A program made the translations under genes and the position numbers. The notes below the pieces were generated by a model, which saw only the letters and a list, made by a program, of their open reading frames with translations, did no database searches and was not told the DNA's origin. From Nitrososphaerota archaeon (GTDB lineage Archaea; Thermoproteota; Nitrososphaeria_A; Caldarchaeales; Caldarchaeaceae): a stretch of 64,000 nucleotides of DNA. Shown here piece after piece: positions 39,433-47,555 of the stretch; the first letter of the stretch is position 1, and every line of letters starts with the position of its first letter. The stretch spans positions 64,001 through 128,000 of the forward strand of contig JBEPYN010000002.1 of NCBI GenBank assembly GCA_041641305.1. The letters are read 5' to 3'.

Positions 39433-40683
39433 ATGCAATCCTACAGTCAGTACATTGAGATGGGTGGTGCTCTTAGACTTGAGGGGGTCTTCCTTGAAAG
39501 TATCGTAGCGGCTTACTTATTAACAAAGGGTGAGGAGATAGTCCCAAGTCCCGAGACTAGGGGGATCCAACATGATGTATTAGTGAAGCGAGTTGATGGA
39601 TTCATATTTTACGAGTGCACGGGGCTTTCGGAAATTTCCTCCCAGAAAATCCATAGATTCAGCGACGACGTGAGAGAGTTAAATAAAAGGCTACAAGAGA
39701 GCGAAAAGAAGGGTCTAACAGCAGCGTATTTTGTTGCTGCAGTCCATGAAAATGCTTGGACATCAGAGGCTAAAGATGCATTTCAACGCGTTAAGACACG
39801 GTTACGTGAGAAGTTACGAATAGATGTAAGACTCTTACAGGGTGACGAACTATTACTGGAATTATTGCGTTCAGGAGTTTTGGGGATTAGGTTAGTTAAA
39901 GATAAAGTGTATTGGGCAGGACCAGAAGACCTTGCAATAAGGTATAATGCTCAGAGCAACAGTTTTCAATATGGTCGTTGGAACGAGCACTATGTATCGA
40001 AATTCAACATGCTACACTTCTCATTGCTTCCATCATTTTACTGGGAAAGCTACTATCGCCCGCTTTTCGAAGAAGCTGTAAAGGATAAATTGGAATTACC
40101 ATTATCGGTTTTCACTTACCCTGACCAAGAAGGACTTACATGGCGTAATATAAGAGACGCGGTTGAATGCTTTGCGTCTTATCTTAGCAGACTAAATCGA
40201 ACGTATGTTTGGGAAAAAGGAGAAGACTTCATTCTTGAACTTCATACGAGTAAGAGAGGTTACGATTCTTATATCCTGTACTTGTTTACATCAGGTGAGC
40301 AGAAGAGTCAATCTCCATACGAAGCTAGATATGTTTCCTTAACTCTATTATCATCCCTTAAAGGAAAGGCAGAAGACCTAATAAGCAAGTTTAAAGAGGA
40401 TGGTAAAATACCGAAAGAGGAAAAGGTCAGCGTTATAGTGGTTTCTACCACACAATACTGGTCTCCTCGGGCATGGGGTGCTGTGAAAAAGATCCCTGAA
40501 ACATATAGTGAGGAGGTGGGTTATTCTGAGCGGATTCCCGGAAATGAGTTATTAACACGGCTTTTTAACGCAGGCATTTTGGGGTTTAGGTTTAAGGAGA
40601 AGAACCAAGTGGCAATCGTAGGAGATGGAATCCCTGCTGTTAGAAAGACTGTGGAAGGATTGAAGGTTGCATCTAACGGATAA
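39433..40683 (+). CDS. Tandem Mrr-like restriction-endonuclease-fold protein
   Basis: G.FLESIVAAYL..KG, HDVLV...YECT; internal repeat GDELLLELLRSGVLG / GNELLTRLFNAGILG. Confidence 0.6.
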   Translation: MQSYSQYIEMGGALRLEGVFLESIVAAYLLTKGEEIVPSPETRGIQHDVLVKRVDGFIFYECTGLSEISSQKIHRFSDDVRELNKRLQESEKKGLTAAYFVAAVHENAWTSEAKDAFQRVKTRLREKLRIDVRLLQGDELLLELLRSGVLGIRLVKDKVYWAGPEDLAIRYNAQSNSFQYGRWNEHYVSKFNMLHFSLLPSFYWESYYRPLFEEAVKDKLELPLSVFTYPDQEGLTWRNIRDAVECFASYLSRLNRTYVWEKGEDFILELHTSKRGYDSYILYLFTSGEQKSQSPYEARYVSLTLLSSLKGKAEDLISKFKEDGKIPKEEKVSVIVVSTTQYWSPRAWGAVKKIPETYSEEVGYSERIPGNELLTRLFNAGILGFRFKEKNQVAIVGDGIPAVRKTVEGLKVASNG

Positions 40684-40748
40684 TCCTGACTGCGACAATT
40701 ATAGGCGGTAACACATATATGCTTGTGGCGGATATTAAACGTCATAGT

Positions 40749-41546
40749 ATGACCATAGTAATAGGTTTGAGATGGCAGTATAGGGACTCTGACGCGATAT
40801 TAATCACCTCCGACTCCAAGGTCACTACTTCTCTTGGCATAACTTATGAGATGAGGAAGGTTTACCCGATTTTGTTTAATGATGAAAGGCCTGTGGCTGT
40901 TGTTGGGGTTGCTGGCGATGCTCCTTTGGCTAAATACGGAGTGGAAGTAGTTGAGGATGTCTTACTAGGCTATGCTGAGGAGGGACTACCGCTGGAATAT
41001 GGCAAGTTCAGGTTAGCAGTCAGGGAGGTTGAGCGCCGGCTTATTCGTCACTTCAGCGAGCTCAGAACTCACGGTATTGACCCAAGCTTCCAGATGCTGC
41101 TAGGCGCCGTGGACCTGAAAGGGAAAGGTTCTCTCTATCTGTTCGACAGCAGGGGACTCTCCGAACCCGTACACGATAACCCGGGCTACGGTATCATAGG
41201 TTCGGGGATGATTACTGGAGGGATTCTGCTGCTTAGGATGATAGGTTTTGAACCTGGGCTAGAGCTAGGACTGCTCTCCGCATTCATAATAGACTCGGTT
41301 AGCGAGGTTGATTCATCGGTTGGCCGGTTCATAGGAGACAGCTACCTAATGAGGTTGGAGACTGAGAACAACGAGAGAAAAATAGTGCTGGGGCCGTTAA
41401 AGGAAGAGGCGCTTATAAAATACAAGGAACAAATACGTGCGAGGAGAGACATAATAGGGAGGATATGGCGGTTATGCGACGAGCTAGGAGAAGAAAAAAT
41501 AACAGAGGTTATCAACAATGTTGAAAAACATAAACATTCATACTAG
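40749..41546 (+). CDS. Proteasome-beta-like Ntn (Thr) protease with helical C-terminal extension
   Basis: M-TIVIG (Thr1), SDSK, RK, GVAGD, LLGAVD, LYLFD, IGSG, DSSVG. Confidence 0.85.
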   Translation: MTIVIGLRWQYRDSDAILITSDSKVTTSLGITYEMRKVYPILFNDERPVAVVGVAGDAPLAKYGVEVVEDVLLGYAEEGLPLEYGKFRLAVREVERRLIRHFSELRTHGIDPSFQMLLGAVDLKGKGSLYLFDSRGLSEPVHDNPGYGIIGSGMITGGILLLRMIGFEPGLELGLLSAFIIDSVSEVDSSVGRFIGDSYLMRLETENNERKIVLGPLKEEALIKYKEQIRARRDIIGRIWRLCDELGEEKITEVINNVEKHKHSY

Positions 41547-41560
41547 GTGAAAAGAATAGC

Positions 41561-41932
41561 ATGCAGGAAAGCACTCCATGGATAACTAACTACATCGAAT
41601 ATCTGGTAAATAGATACTTTGGGCCGTGTGGCTTGGCAGATGATGCTTTAAGGGAGCTCCGAAATCTTCCAAAGGGCCTCTCTCGACAGCTTGGTAATGA
41701 CGAGAATTTCTGGCGAGGGTATTTTTCTAACCCGACGAGACTGAACTTGATTGAAGGGGCCGTTAGATATGTAGGCGAAAGTGCTCGCCGACGCTCAGAA
41801 GAGCATGGCAGAAATCCGTGCTATTACCTCAACCTCGCGTTAGATAAGGAGGAGATGACAACATGGTTGGCGGGCTATCTACAAGTCTTCCTGCCGTATG
41901 AATTCTCCGAGAATAGAAATTCGTCGGAATAG
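41561..41932 (+). CDS. Small hypothetical helical protein
   Basis: 123-aa ORF 14 bp after the protease, GGTGA RBS. Confidence 0.7.
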   Translation: MQESTPWITNYIEYLVNRYFGPCGLADDALRELRNLPKGLSRQLGNDENFWRGYFSNPTRLNLIEGAVRYVGESARRRSEEHGRNPCYYLNLALDKEEMTTWLAGYLQVFLPYEFSENRNSSE

Positions 41933-42159
41933 ACGTCTAACGCGGATTAAACATAAACTACTTTATCCATTATCGTGACATTACCGGTTAAAGGACGCGT
42001 ATACCCCGAATCACAATAAAGCATATTGTCTTCATCACGCTAAATACAAAATCTTCTTACCCATGACTTGTATAATCTTGGAATGATAGAGCTGAGGTCC
42101 CTGGTCAAGTTGCATCCTCGCACAGTATTTACAGCTTGTGAGGGAGTTGAAAACATCTC

Positions 42160-42357
42160 ATGCGTTGGCTTTATACAGGAGAGAGGCTGGGGCAGGACTT
42201 TGAAGACTGGAAAAGATTCAGGGAGGCTTTACTGGCTGAGTTAAGGTATGCTTTCGATAGCATGGTCAACCACCCGCTGAGGTACGCTAGAAAGAGGCTC
42301 AGGACCCTAGAGGACGGCCGGAAGGTGAGGATAACTCTATACAGTGTTATAGAATGA
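42160..42357 (+). pseudogene. Degenerate second copy of the 34851 gene
   Basis: ERLGQDFEDWKRFREALLAELRYAFDSM aligns with the 34851 product. Confidence 0.6.
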
Positions 42358-42402
42358 AGGGCTGTAGCCAGCCTGCTTATTTCGGTGATACCGTCTGCAC
42401 CT

Positions 42403-43452
42403 TTATGAGGTTTTTATTAGCTCTAGTTTGGCTAGGATATTGTTTATTTTTTGCATGAGATTGGATGCTTCTAATACGTCTTCGACAGTCAGGTATGTGA
42501 TGTTTCTTCTGAAATCCTCTGACAGATCCTCTATCTCCTTCTTAAACTTATCCAACCCATCTGTGTTAGATACTATGATTATCTTCTGCACTGATTGATC
42601 CTTCTTCGCCTTCATGAGGTTCAGTATGGCTGAATCTATAGAGCCTGACTTATGAACTTCGAAGACATATTTTATAACTCCTAGGTTGCCTATCTTAGCC
42701 CGCCAGACGGCATCCACCCTAGCTCCCGTTGACACTGTCCTCTCGCTTTCGACTTCGAAACCAAGACCTGCACCGAGCTCAACAAGCTTCTCCACTATCT
42801 CGTCATGATCAAAGTCATAAACTTCTGATACACGGACCTCACCCTGCTCAGCTCCAAGCTGTATATAGTATAGGAATACGTCAACATCTAGCAAGTCTTC
42901 TCCTAAGCCCTCAGCCTTTAACTCTCTTTCTATTTGTTTAGCGATATTTAAAAACCTCTCGTACTCCTCTCCAGATATCCTATACTTGTTAACAGGTATC
43001 TCGTTACCAAGCCCTAAAACTCTGAGAGCACGTCTGCTCATCTCGTTCCATATGGCATACTCCGTCGGCCGAGCAAAACACATTATCTCTGTTGTTTGGG
43101 CAGGTCCCAAGCCCTTAACCCTCTTAAAGAACCTGTCGAACCTATCTCTAAGGCTGTCAGAACCCCATAAAAGGTCCTTAAACATCTCCCTCAAATTTCC
43201 TACGTCATTGTTCTCTAGGACCCTGTCAACAACGTATTGTTTATTAATCCAAGAGGCATTTGCCCAAAGCTCCATTACAACACGCGAGAGAACAGATACA
43301 TCGAGTTCATTTAACTTGTCAGCCGAAAATATCTCGGCATAGCGTTTACTCCTCTCCTCCCTTTCATACAACCATCTCCTCCCTTCCCCATCGATAAACT
43401 TCCTATATCCGGACAACTTTTTCTTTACTTCCTGAACAATCTCCATTTTCAC
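42403..43452 (-). CDS. HhH-like DNA-binding domain + PD-(D/E)xK nuclease
   Basis: KGLGPAQTTEI..FARPTEYAIWN; HDEI...GAGLGFEV, RVDAVW...VFEVHKSG. Confidence 0.7.
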   Translation of the reverse strand: MKMEIVQEVKKKLSGYRKFIDGEGRRWLYEREERSKRYAEIFSADKLNELDVSVLSRVVMELWANASWINKQYVVDRVLENNDVGNLREMFKDLLWGSDSLRDRFDRFFKRVKGLGPAQTTEIMCFARPTEYAIWNEMSRRALRVLGLGNEIPVNKYRISGEEYERFLNIAKQIERELKAEGLGEDLLDVDVFLYYIQLGAEQGEVRVSEVYDFDHDEIVEKLVELGAGLGFEVESERTVSTGARVDAVWRAKIGNLGVIKYVFEVHKSGSIDSAILNLMKAKKDQSVQKIIIVSNTDGLDKFKKEIEDLSEDFRRNITYLTVEDVLEASNLMQKINNILAKLELIKTS

Positions 43453-43687
43453 TTCTCTCTGTAGCTAGACACTATATAAGTCGCTCCATTGACTTAGCAC
43501 TTCAGCTATCTCGTCCTTTTCCCATTGTAGGTCTAAAAGGGATTCGGAAATAACATCAAAAGCCATACAATGTGGAGCCCATGGTACGATGGGGTCAGCA
43601 GTCGAGGATCCGCAACATATAAAGCCTACTATAAATTGGTAGATAGTGTCCGGATAAGCATCTTTACCCACCTCCGTTCCTGATGGT

Positions 43688-44165
43688 TTAGTAGTACAGC
43701 GTGAAGAGGTTCAGGAACAAGTTCAGGTTCTTTATTCTCTGCTCGTAATCCCTTGCGCTCAATTTGTTGTGGAACACCATCGTCCTCTCCTTGAGGTACC
43801 TGAAGAACCTCTCTCCCCTATTCCTAATTCCGAACCTCTGGTGCTCGTACTCTAGCCCAAGCCTCTGCAACGCCCACGGATACCAAGGGCCCCTATCGAC
43901 TAAGGCTTGTTCAGACACATCTTGAGGGCCTTCTTGAGGAAGTTTAGGGCGTTCAGGCAGCTCCTGCCTTACGAAGCCTCCGTGTACTGTGATTTGTTTA
44001 TTGGCTCTAGAGCTATGCTGAGCACCTTGGAGACCTTCCTGCAGCTTCCGCGGAACATGTAATCCAGGACAGCTAAGACCTTCACTCCACGGCTTTTTTG
44101 TTGCGCTTGAAGCAGCCCGAGATCAGGACCACTAGGTCCACACAGATTATCATCAAAGACCGGCC
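43688..44165 (-). mobile_element. IS6-family transposase remnant (internally deleted)
   Basis: [16 protein letters not shown]...[14 protein letters not shown]; upstream [22 protein letters not shown] fragments with stops. Confidence 0.8.
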
Positions 44166-44284
44166 TTTAAATGTAGTCCCTTATCCGGACACTACCGGAG
44201 GATAGATATGATCCGCGGGTTTTCGAGGAGTTAAAGGAGTGAATATTTATTAATAGAACAGCAGTAAAGAGACGAGATAGGCAC

Positions 44285-44827
44285 ATGGTTGTTAAGGTGT
44301 ATCTTCCGACGCCGCTTCGCCAGTATGCCGATGGCCGGGACATGGTTGAGCTGGACGGCTCAACCGTTGGAGAGGTTCTAAACAAGCTAGTAAGCCGCTA
44401 TAACGCGCTTCAGAAGCATCTATTCAACGAAAACGGGGCAATAAGGAGCTTTGTAAACGTTTTCGTCAACAACGAGGACATCAGGTTTCTCGAAGGCGTC
44501 AACACCAAGATAAAGGACGGAGACGTCGTCTACATCATCCCCTCTATAGCTGGTGGACTGAGCATCGCGGCTCCGGCTGCCGTGGCGAGGAAACTGGGCA
44601 GAACGGTGAAGCAGCACGGCAGAATAACCGTTCCCGCGAAGCTTCTCAAAAAAGCCAAGAAAAACGAGGTAACAGTCATCATAGACGACGTCAAATACCT
44701 CTTCGAACCCGACAGATATAACCGCATCTACCTACCCCCTGCTCTCCGGGAAAAGATACTGCACATGTCATCCTTCGAGTTCACCTTGTCCGACGGCGAG
44801 CTCATCCTCAGGTTCAGAAGGTTTTAA
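44285..44827 (+). CDS. MoaD/CysO/SAMP-like ubiquitin-fold protein with 89-aa MraZ/AbrB-like extension after GG
   Basis: VNVFVNNEDIRFL...IIPSIAGG at aa 91; extension has KQHGRITVP and DRYNRIYLP. Confidence 0.9.
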   Translation: MVVKVYLPTPLRQYADGRDMVELDGSTVGEVLNKLVSRYNALQKHLFNENGAIRSFVNVFVNNEDIRFLEGVNTKIKDGDVVYIIPSIAGGLSIAAPAAVARKLGRTVKQHGRITVPAKLLKKAKKNEVTVIIDDVKYLFEPDRYNRIYLPPALREKILHMSSFEFTLSDGELILRFRRF

Positions 44828-44851
44828 GAGCAGGTAGACATAGGACTTTCC

Positions 44852-45256
44852 ATGGTTAAGTTTGTCGTAACGGTTGAGACGGAGGATGATGTAGAGGTTT
44901 CTCTCGAGGCCTCTTCTAAGGAGGAAGCTTTGGCCAACCTTGACGAGCTTCTCGCGTTGACACGCGCAGTCGCGGAGAGGCTGAAAACCAAGCCGCAGCA
45001 CAAGGCCCCGAAAAGACGTGGAAAATCCGAGGCGGTTAAAGCACTAGAGATAATCGAACAGAAACTCATACCCTCCTCCTTCTTCAGCACCGCGAGAACA
45101 ACAGCTGAAGTGAGACAAAAAATCATCGAGCAATCTGGTCTACCGTTTCAGAGCCGCAAAGTTAGCCAAGCACTGGGTATACTCTATGACAAAGGAACCT
45201 TAACACGTGTCGGGCAAAAAGGCAACTACAGATGGATACTCCCGAAATCGCCGTGA
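44852..45256 (+). CDS. Hypothetical wHTH protein
   Basis: FFSTARTTAEV...VSQALGIL..KGTLTR.G.KGNYRW. Confidence 0.65.
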   Translation: MVKFVVTVETEDDVEVSLEASSKEEALANLDELLALTRAVAERLKTKPQHKAPKRRGKSEAVKALEIIEQKLIPSSFFSTARTTAEVRQKIIEQSGLPFQSRKVSQALGILYDKGTLTRVGQKGNYRWILPKSP

Positions 45257-45300
45257 AGTGGATGAACCCATAAATAAAGACCAAGTAGTAAACTTCCCGG

Positions 45301-46173
45301 ATGAACGTGGCCGAGACGGTTAGGGTCTATTTTTCGCTGACGAAGCCCAATGTCTGGTGGCTTCTGGCTTTCACGGGGGCGGCGGGAATTTTCGCCGCCT
45401 CCAACGGGTTACCCGACCCCTATCTCTTCACGGTCGCTATTCTTTCAATAACTTTTGGTGTTGCTGGGACGGAGGCTGCTTCAAACTATCTTGAGATGTC
45501 GCTTGACTCTGTGATGAGGAGGACATCGAAGCGTGTTCTTCCGCGGGGGTTGATTAACCCGCCTTGGAAAGCTCTAGTGTTTGGTCTCGTTTTGATGACG
45601 ATTTCTCTCATTTTCGCTATTTTCATCAACCCTGTGACATTTTTCTTCATGGCTTCGGGGATGTTTGACTACTTGGTTGTCTATGTCATGTGGAGTAAGC
45701 GGCGGACGCCGTTGAACATTATTCTCGGAAGCTATGCGGGCGGAGCTCCTCTGATGGCGGGATACACCGCTGTGAGCTATTGGCCGACGCTGGAAGCCTT
45801 CATCCTCGCCGCCTTGATAGTTCTCTGGATTCCGCCGCATATCTGGAGCCTTGCTCTCATATACAAGGAGGACTATGCGAGAGCTCATGTGCCCATGCTC
45901 CCCGTCGTAACCTCAGAGGCCACAGCAATCCGCTGCATCTCCTCAACAACAATAATCTCAGTCCTCTTCACATTCCTCCTCTATTTCCTCTATCCAGAGA
46001 AGTATGGACTCATATATCTTGTCGCAGCCGTGGTCAGCGGGTTGATGATTGTTCTGCCAGCAACCGCGCTGATAGTTAATCCAAACCGTAAAACAGCTTA
46101 CCTACTGTTCAAAACCACGAGCCCACAGCTGTTCATCATTATGCTCGCCGTGGTACTGGACACTTTTATCTAA
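45301..46173 (+). CDS. cyoE: Protoheme IX farnesyltransferase (heme o synthase)
   Basis: LTKP, DSVMRRTSKRVLP, KRRTPLNI, WIPPHIW, DYARAHVPMLP. Confidence 0.95.
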   Translation: MNVAETVRVYFSLTKPNVWWLLAFTGAAGIFAASNGLPDPYLFTVAILSITFGVAGTEAASNYLEMSLDSVMRRTSKRVLPRGLINPPWKALVFGLVLMTISLIFAIFINPVTFFFMASGMFDYLVVYVMWSKRRTPLNIILGSYAGGAPLMAGYTAVSYWPTLEAFILAALIVLWIPPHIWSLALIYKEDYARAHVPMLPVVTSEATAIRCISSTTIISVLFTFLLYFLYPEKYGLIYLVAAVVSGLMIVLPATALIVNPNRKTAYLLFKTTSPQLFIIMLAVVLDTFI

Positions 46174-47495
46174 CCAGGTTTAATCCACTGGCCCTCGGCA
46201 GATCCGCTGGGCTCTCCGTCGACTGCCACTATTTTTCCGCGTAGTATTGTGTAGCGGTGTTTGGCGAGGATTTCTCTGCCGTCGAAGGGTGTGAAACGGT
46301 GTTTGCTGTGCAGTTTGTCTGCCTGTATCTTCGAGGGTGTCCGTGGGTCGAAGATGGCGAAGTCGGCGTCCGAGCCTATCAACAGCCCCCCTTTCCGCGG
46401 ATACAGTCCAAAAGTTTTCGCCGGGTTTGTTGAGAGAACTTCAGCCACTTTCTCGAGTGGGATATATCCACGTAGGGCCGTGTCAACCATCAGGGGCCCA
46501 AGCAGCTCTACGCCAAACATGCCTGCGGGGGCCTCGAAAACGTTTCTGCCTTTTTCCTCTAAGGTATGTGGAGCATGGTCAGAGCCGATGTTGGTTATCA
46601 CACCCAGCCGCAGGCCCTGTAGAAGCTTCTCCCTGTCTTCTGGGAAACGTATTGGCGGGTTTACCTTCATCAGGTTACCGAAGCGCTTGTAGTCGCCGCT
46701 GTCGAGCAATAGATACTGTGGGCATGTTTCGACAAACACGGATGGGGCCCTATTCAGGCGGAGATAGTCAACAGCCTCGCCGCTGCTGAGATGCACAATC
46801 AAGGCACGGCCCCCTGTCTTAGCTGCGTAGTAGTTGATTTTGATGACGGAGTCGACCTCACATATCGCAGGCCTCGCATATAGGTGCGACAGTGGAGAAA
46901 CAGGTTCTCGCCGTGCTTTTTGTTCATAGTGGTGGACGAGGTAACGGTTTTCGCAGTGGAAAGCTATTGTGAAGCCTTTTTCACGGGAGAGTGTGAGGGC
47001 CTCGATGATTGTTGGGTCGCTGGGCTGCTCGATGTCTCCTGTGGTGGGTCCGAGAAACGCCTTGAAGCCAACCGCCCCTGCTTCAAGCATCTCCTCCAAG
47101 TTGTTTAGGCTCTGGTCGGTCAACACACCGTATAGCCCATAATCCACCCACGACTTGCCGCGCACACGCTCCGCTTTCATTCTAAGTGTTGACGCGTCGG
47201 CTACGGGTGGAACCGTGTTGGGCATCTCGAGAACAGTCGTCACACCTCCCGCCGCTGCTGCGGCAGAGCCTGTCGAGAAATCCTCTTTCCACTCGTAGCC
47301 AGGCTCCCTGAAGTGGACATGCTCGTCAACAAAGCCTGGAAACACATACATCCCCGACGCGTCAACAACATCCACGCCACGTATGTCAAACCTCTCACCA
47401 ACCGCCGCAATCTCTCCATCCTCGACATAAATGCTGGCCCGGACAACGCCCTGTGGTGAAACTATGTATCCATCCTTGATTACGAGCTCTGACAC
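46170..47495 (-). CDS. Cyclic amidohydrolase (allantoinase/dihydroorotase family)
   Basis: DEHVHFREPG, MPNT, HCE, HLS, ETCPQYL, KVNPPIR, SDHAPH. Confidence 0.9.
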   Translation of the reverse strand: MSELVIKDGYIVSPQGVVRASIYVEDGEIAAVGERFDIRGVDVVDASGMYVFPGFVDEHVHFREPGYEWKEDFSTGSAAAAAGGVTTVLEMPNTVPPVADASTLRMKAERVRGKSWVDYGLYGVLTDQSLNNLEEMLEAGAVGFKAFLGPTTGDIEQPSDPTIIEALTLSREKGFTIAFHCENRYLVHHYEQKARREPVSPLSHLYARPAICEVDSVIKINYYAAKTGGRALIVHLSSGEAVDYLRLNRAPSVFVETCPQYLLLDSGDYKRFGNLMKVNPPIRFPEDREKLLQGLRLGVITNIGSDHAPHTLEEKGRNVFEAPAGMFGVELLGPLMVDTALRGYIPLEKVAEVLSTNPAKTFGLYPRKGGLLIGSDADFAIFDPRTPSKIQADKLHSKHRFTPFDGREILAKHRYTILRGKIVAVDGEPSGSAEGQWIKPG

Positions 47496-47555
47496 ATGTT
47501 TTCACCGGCTGTGAAGCATTTTAACCTTAAAAAGGCGTCATAGTTCACGTGGGTT

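Noticed and set aside
15962-44284. Island as provirus or integrative conjugative element
   Set aside because: No integrase, tRNA att site, capsid, packaging ATPase or conjugation genes recognised.
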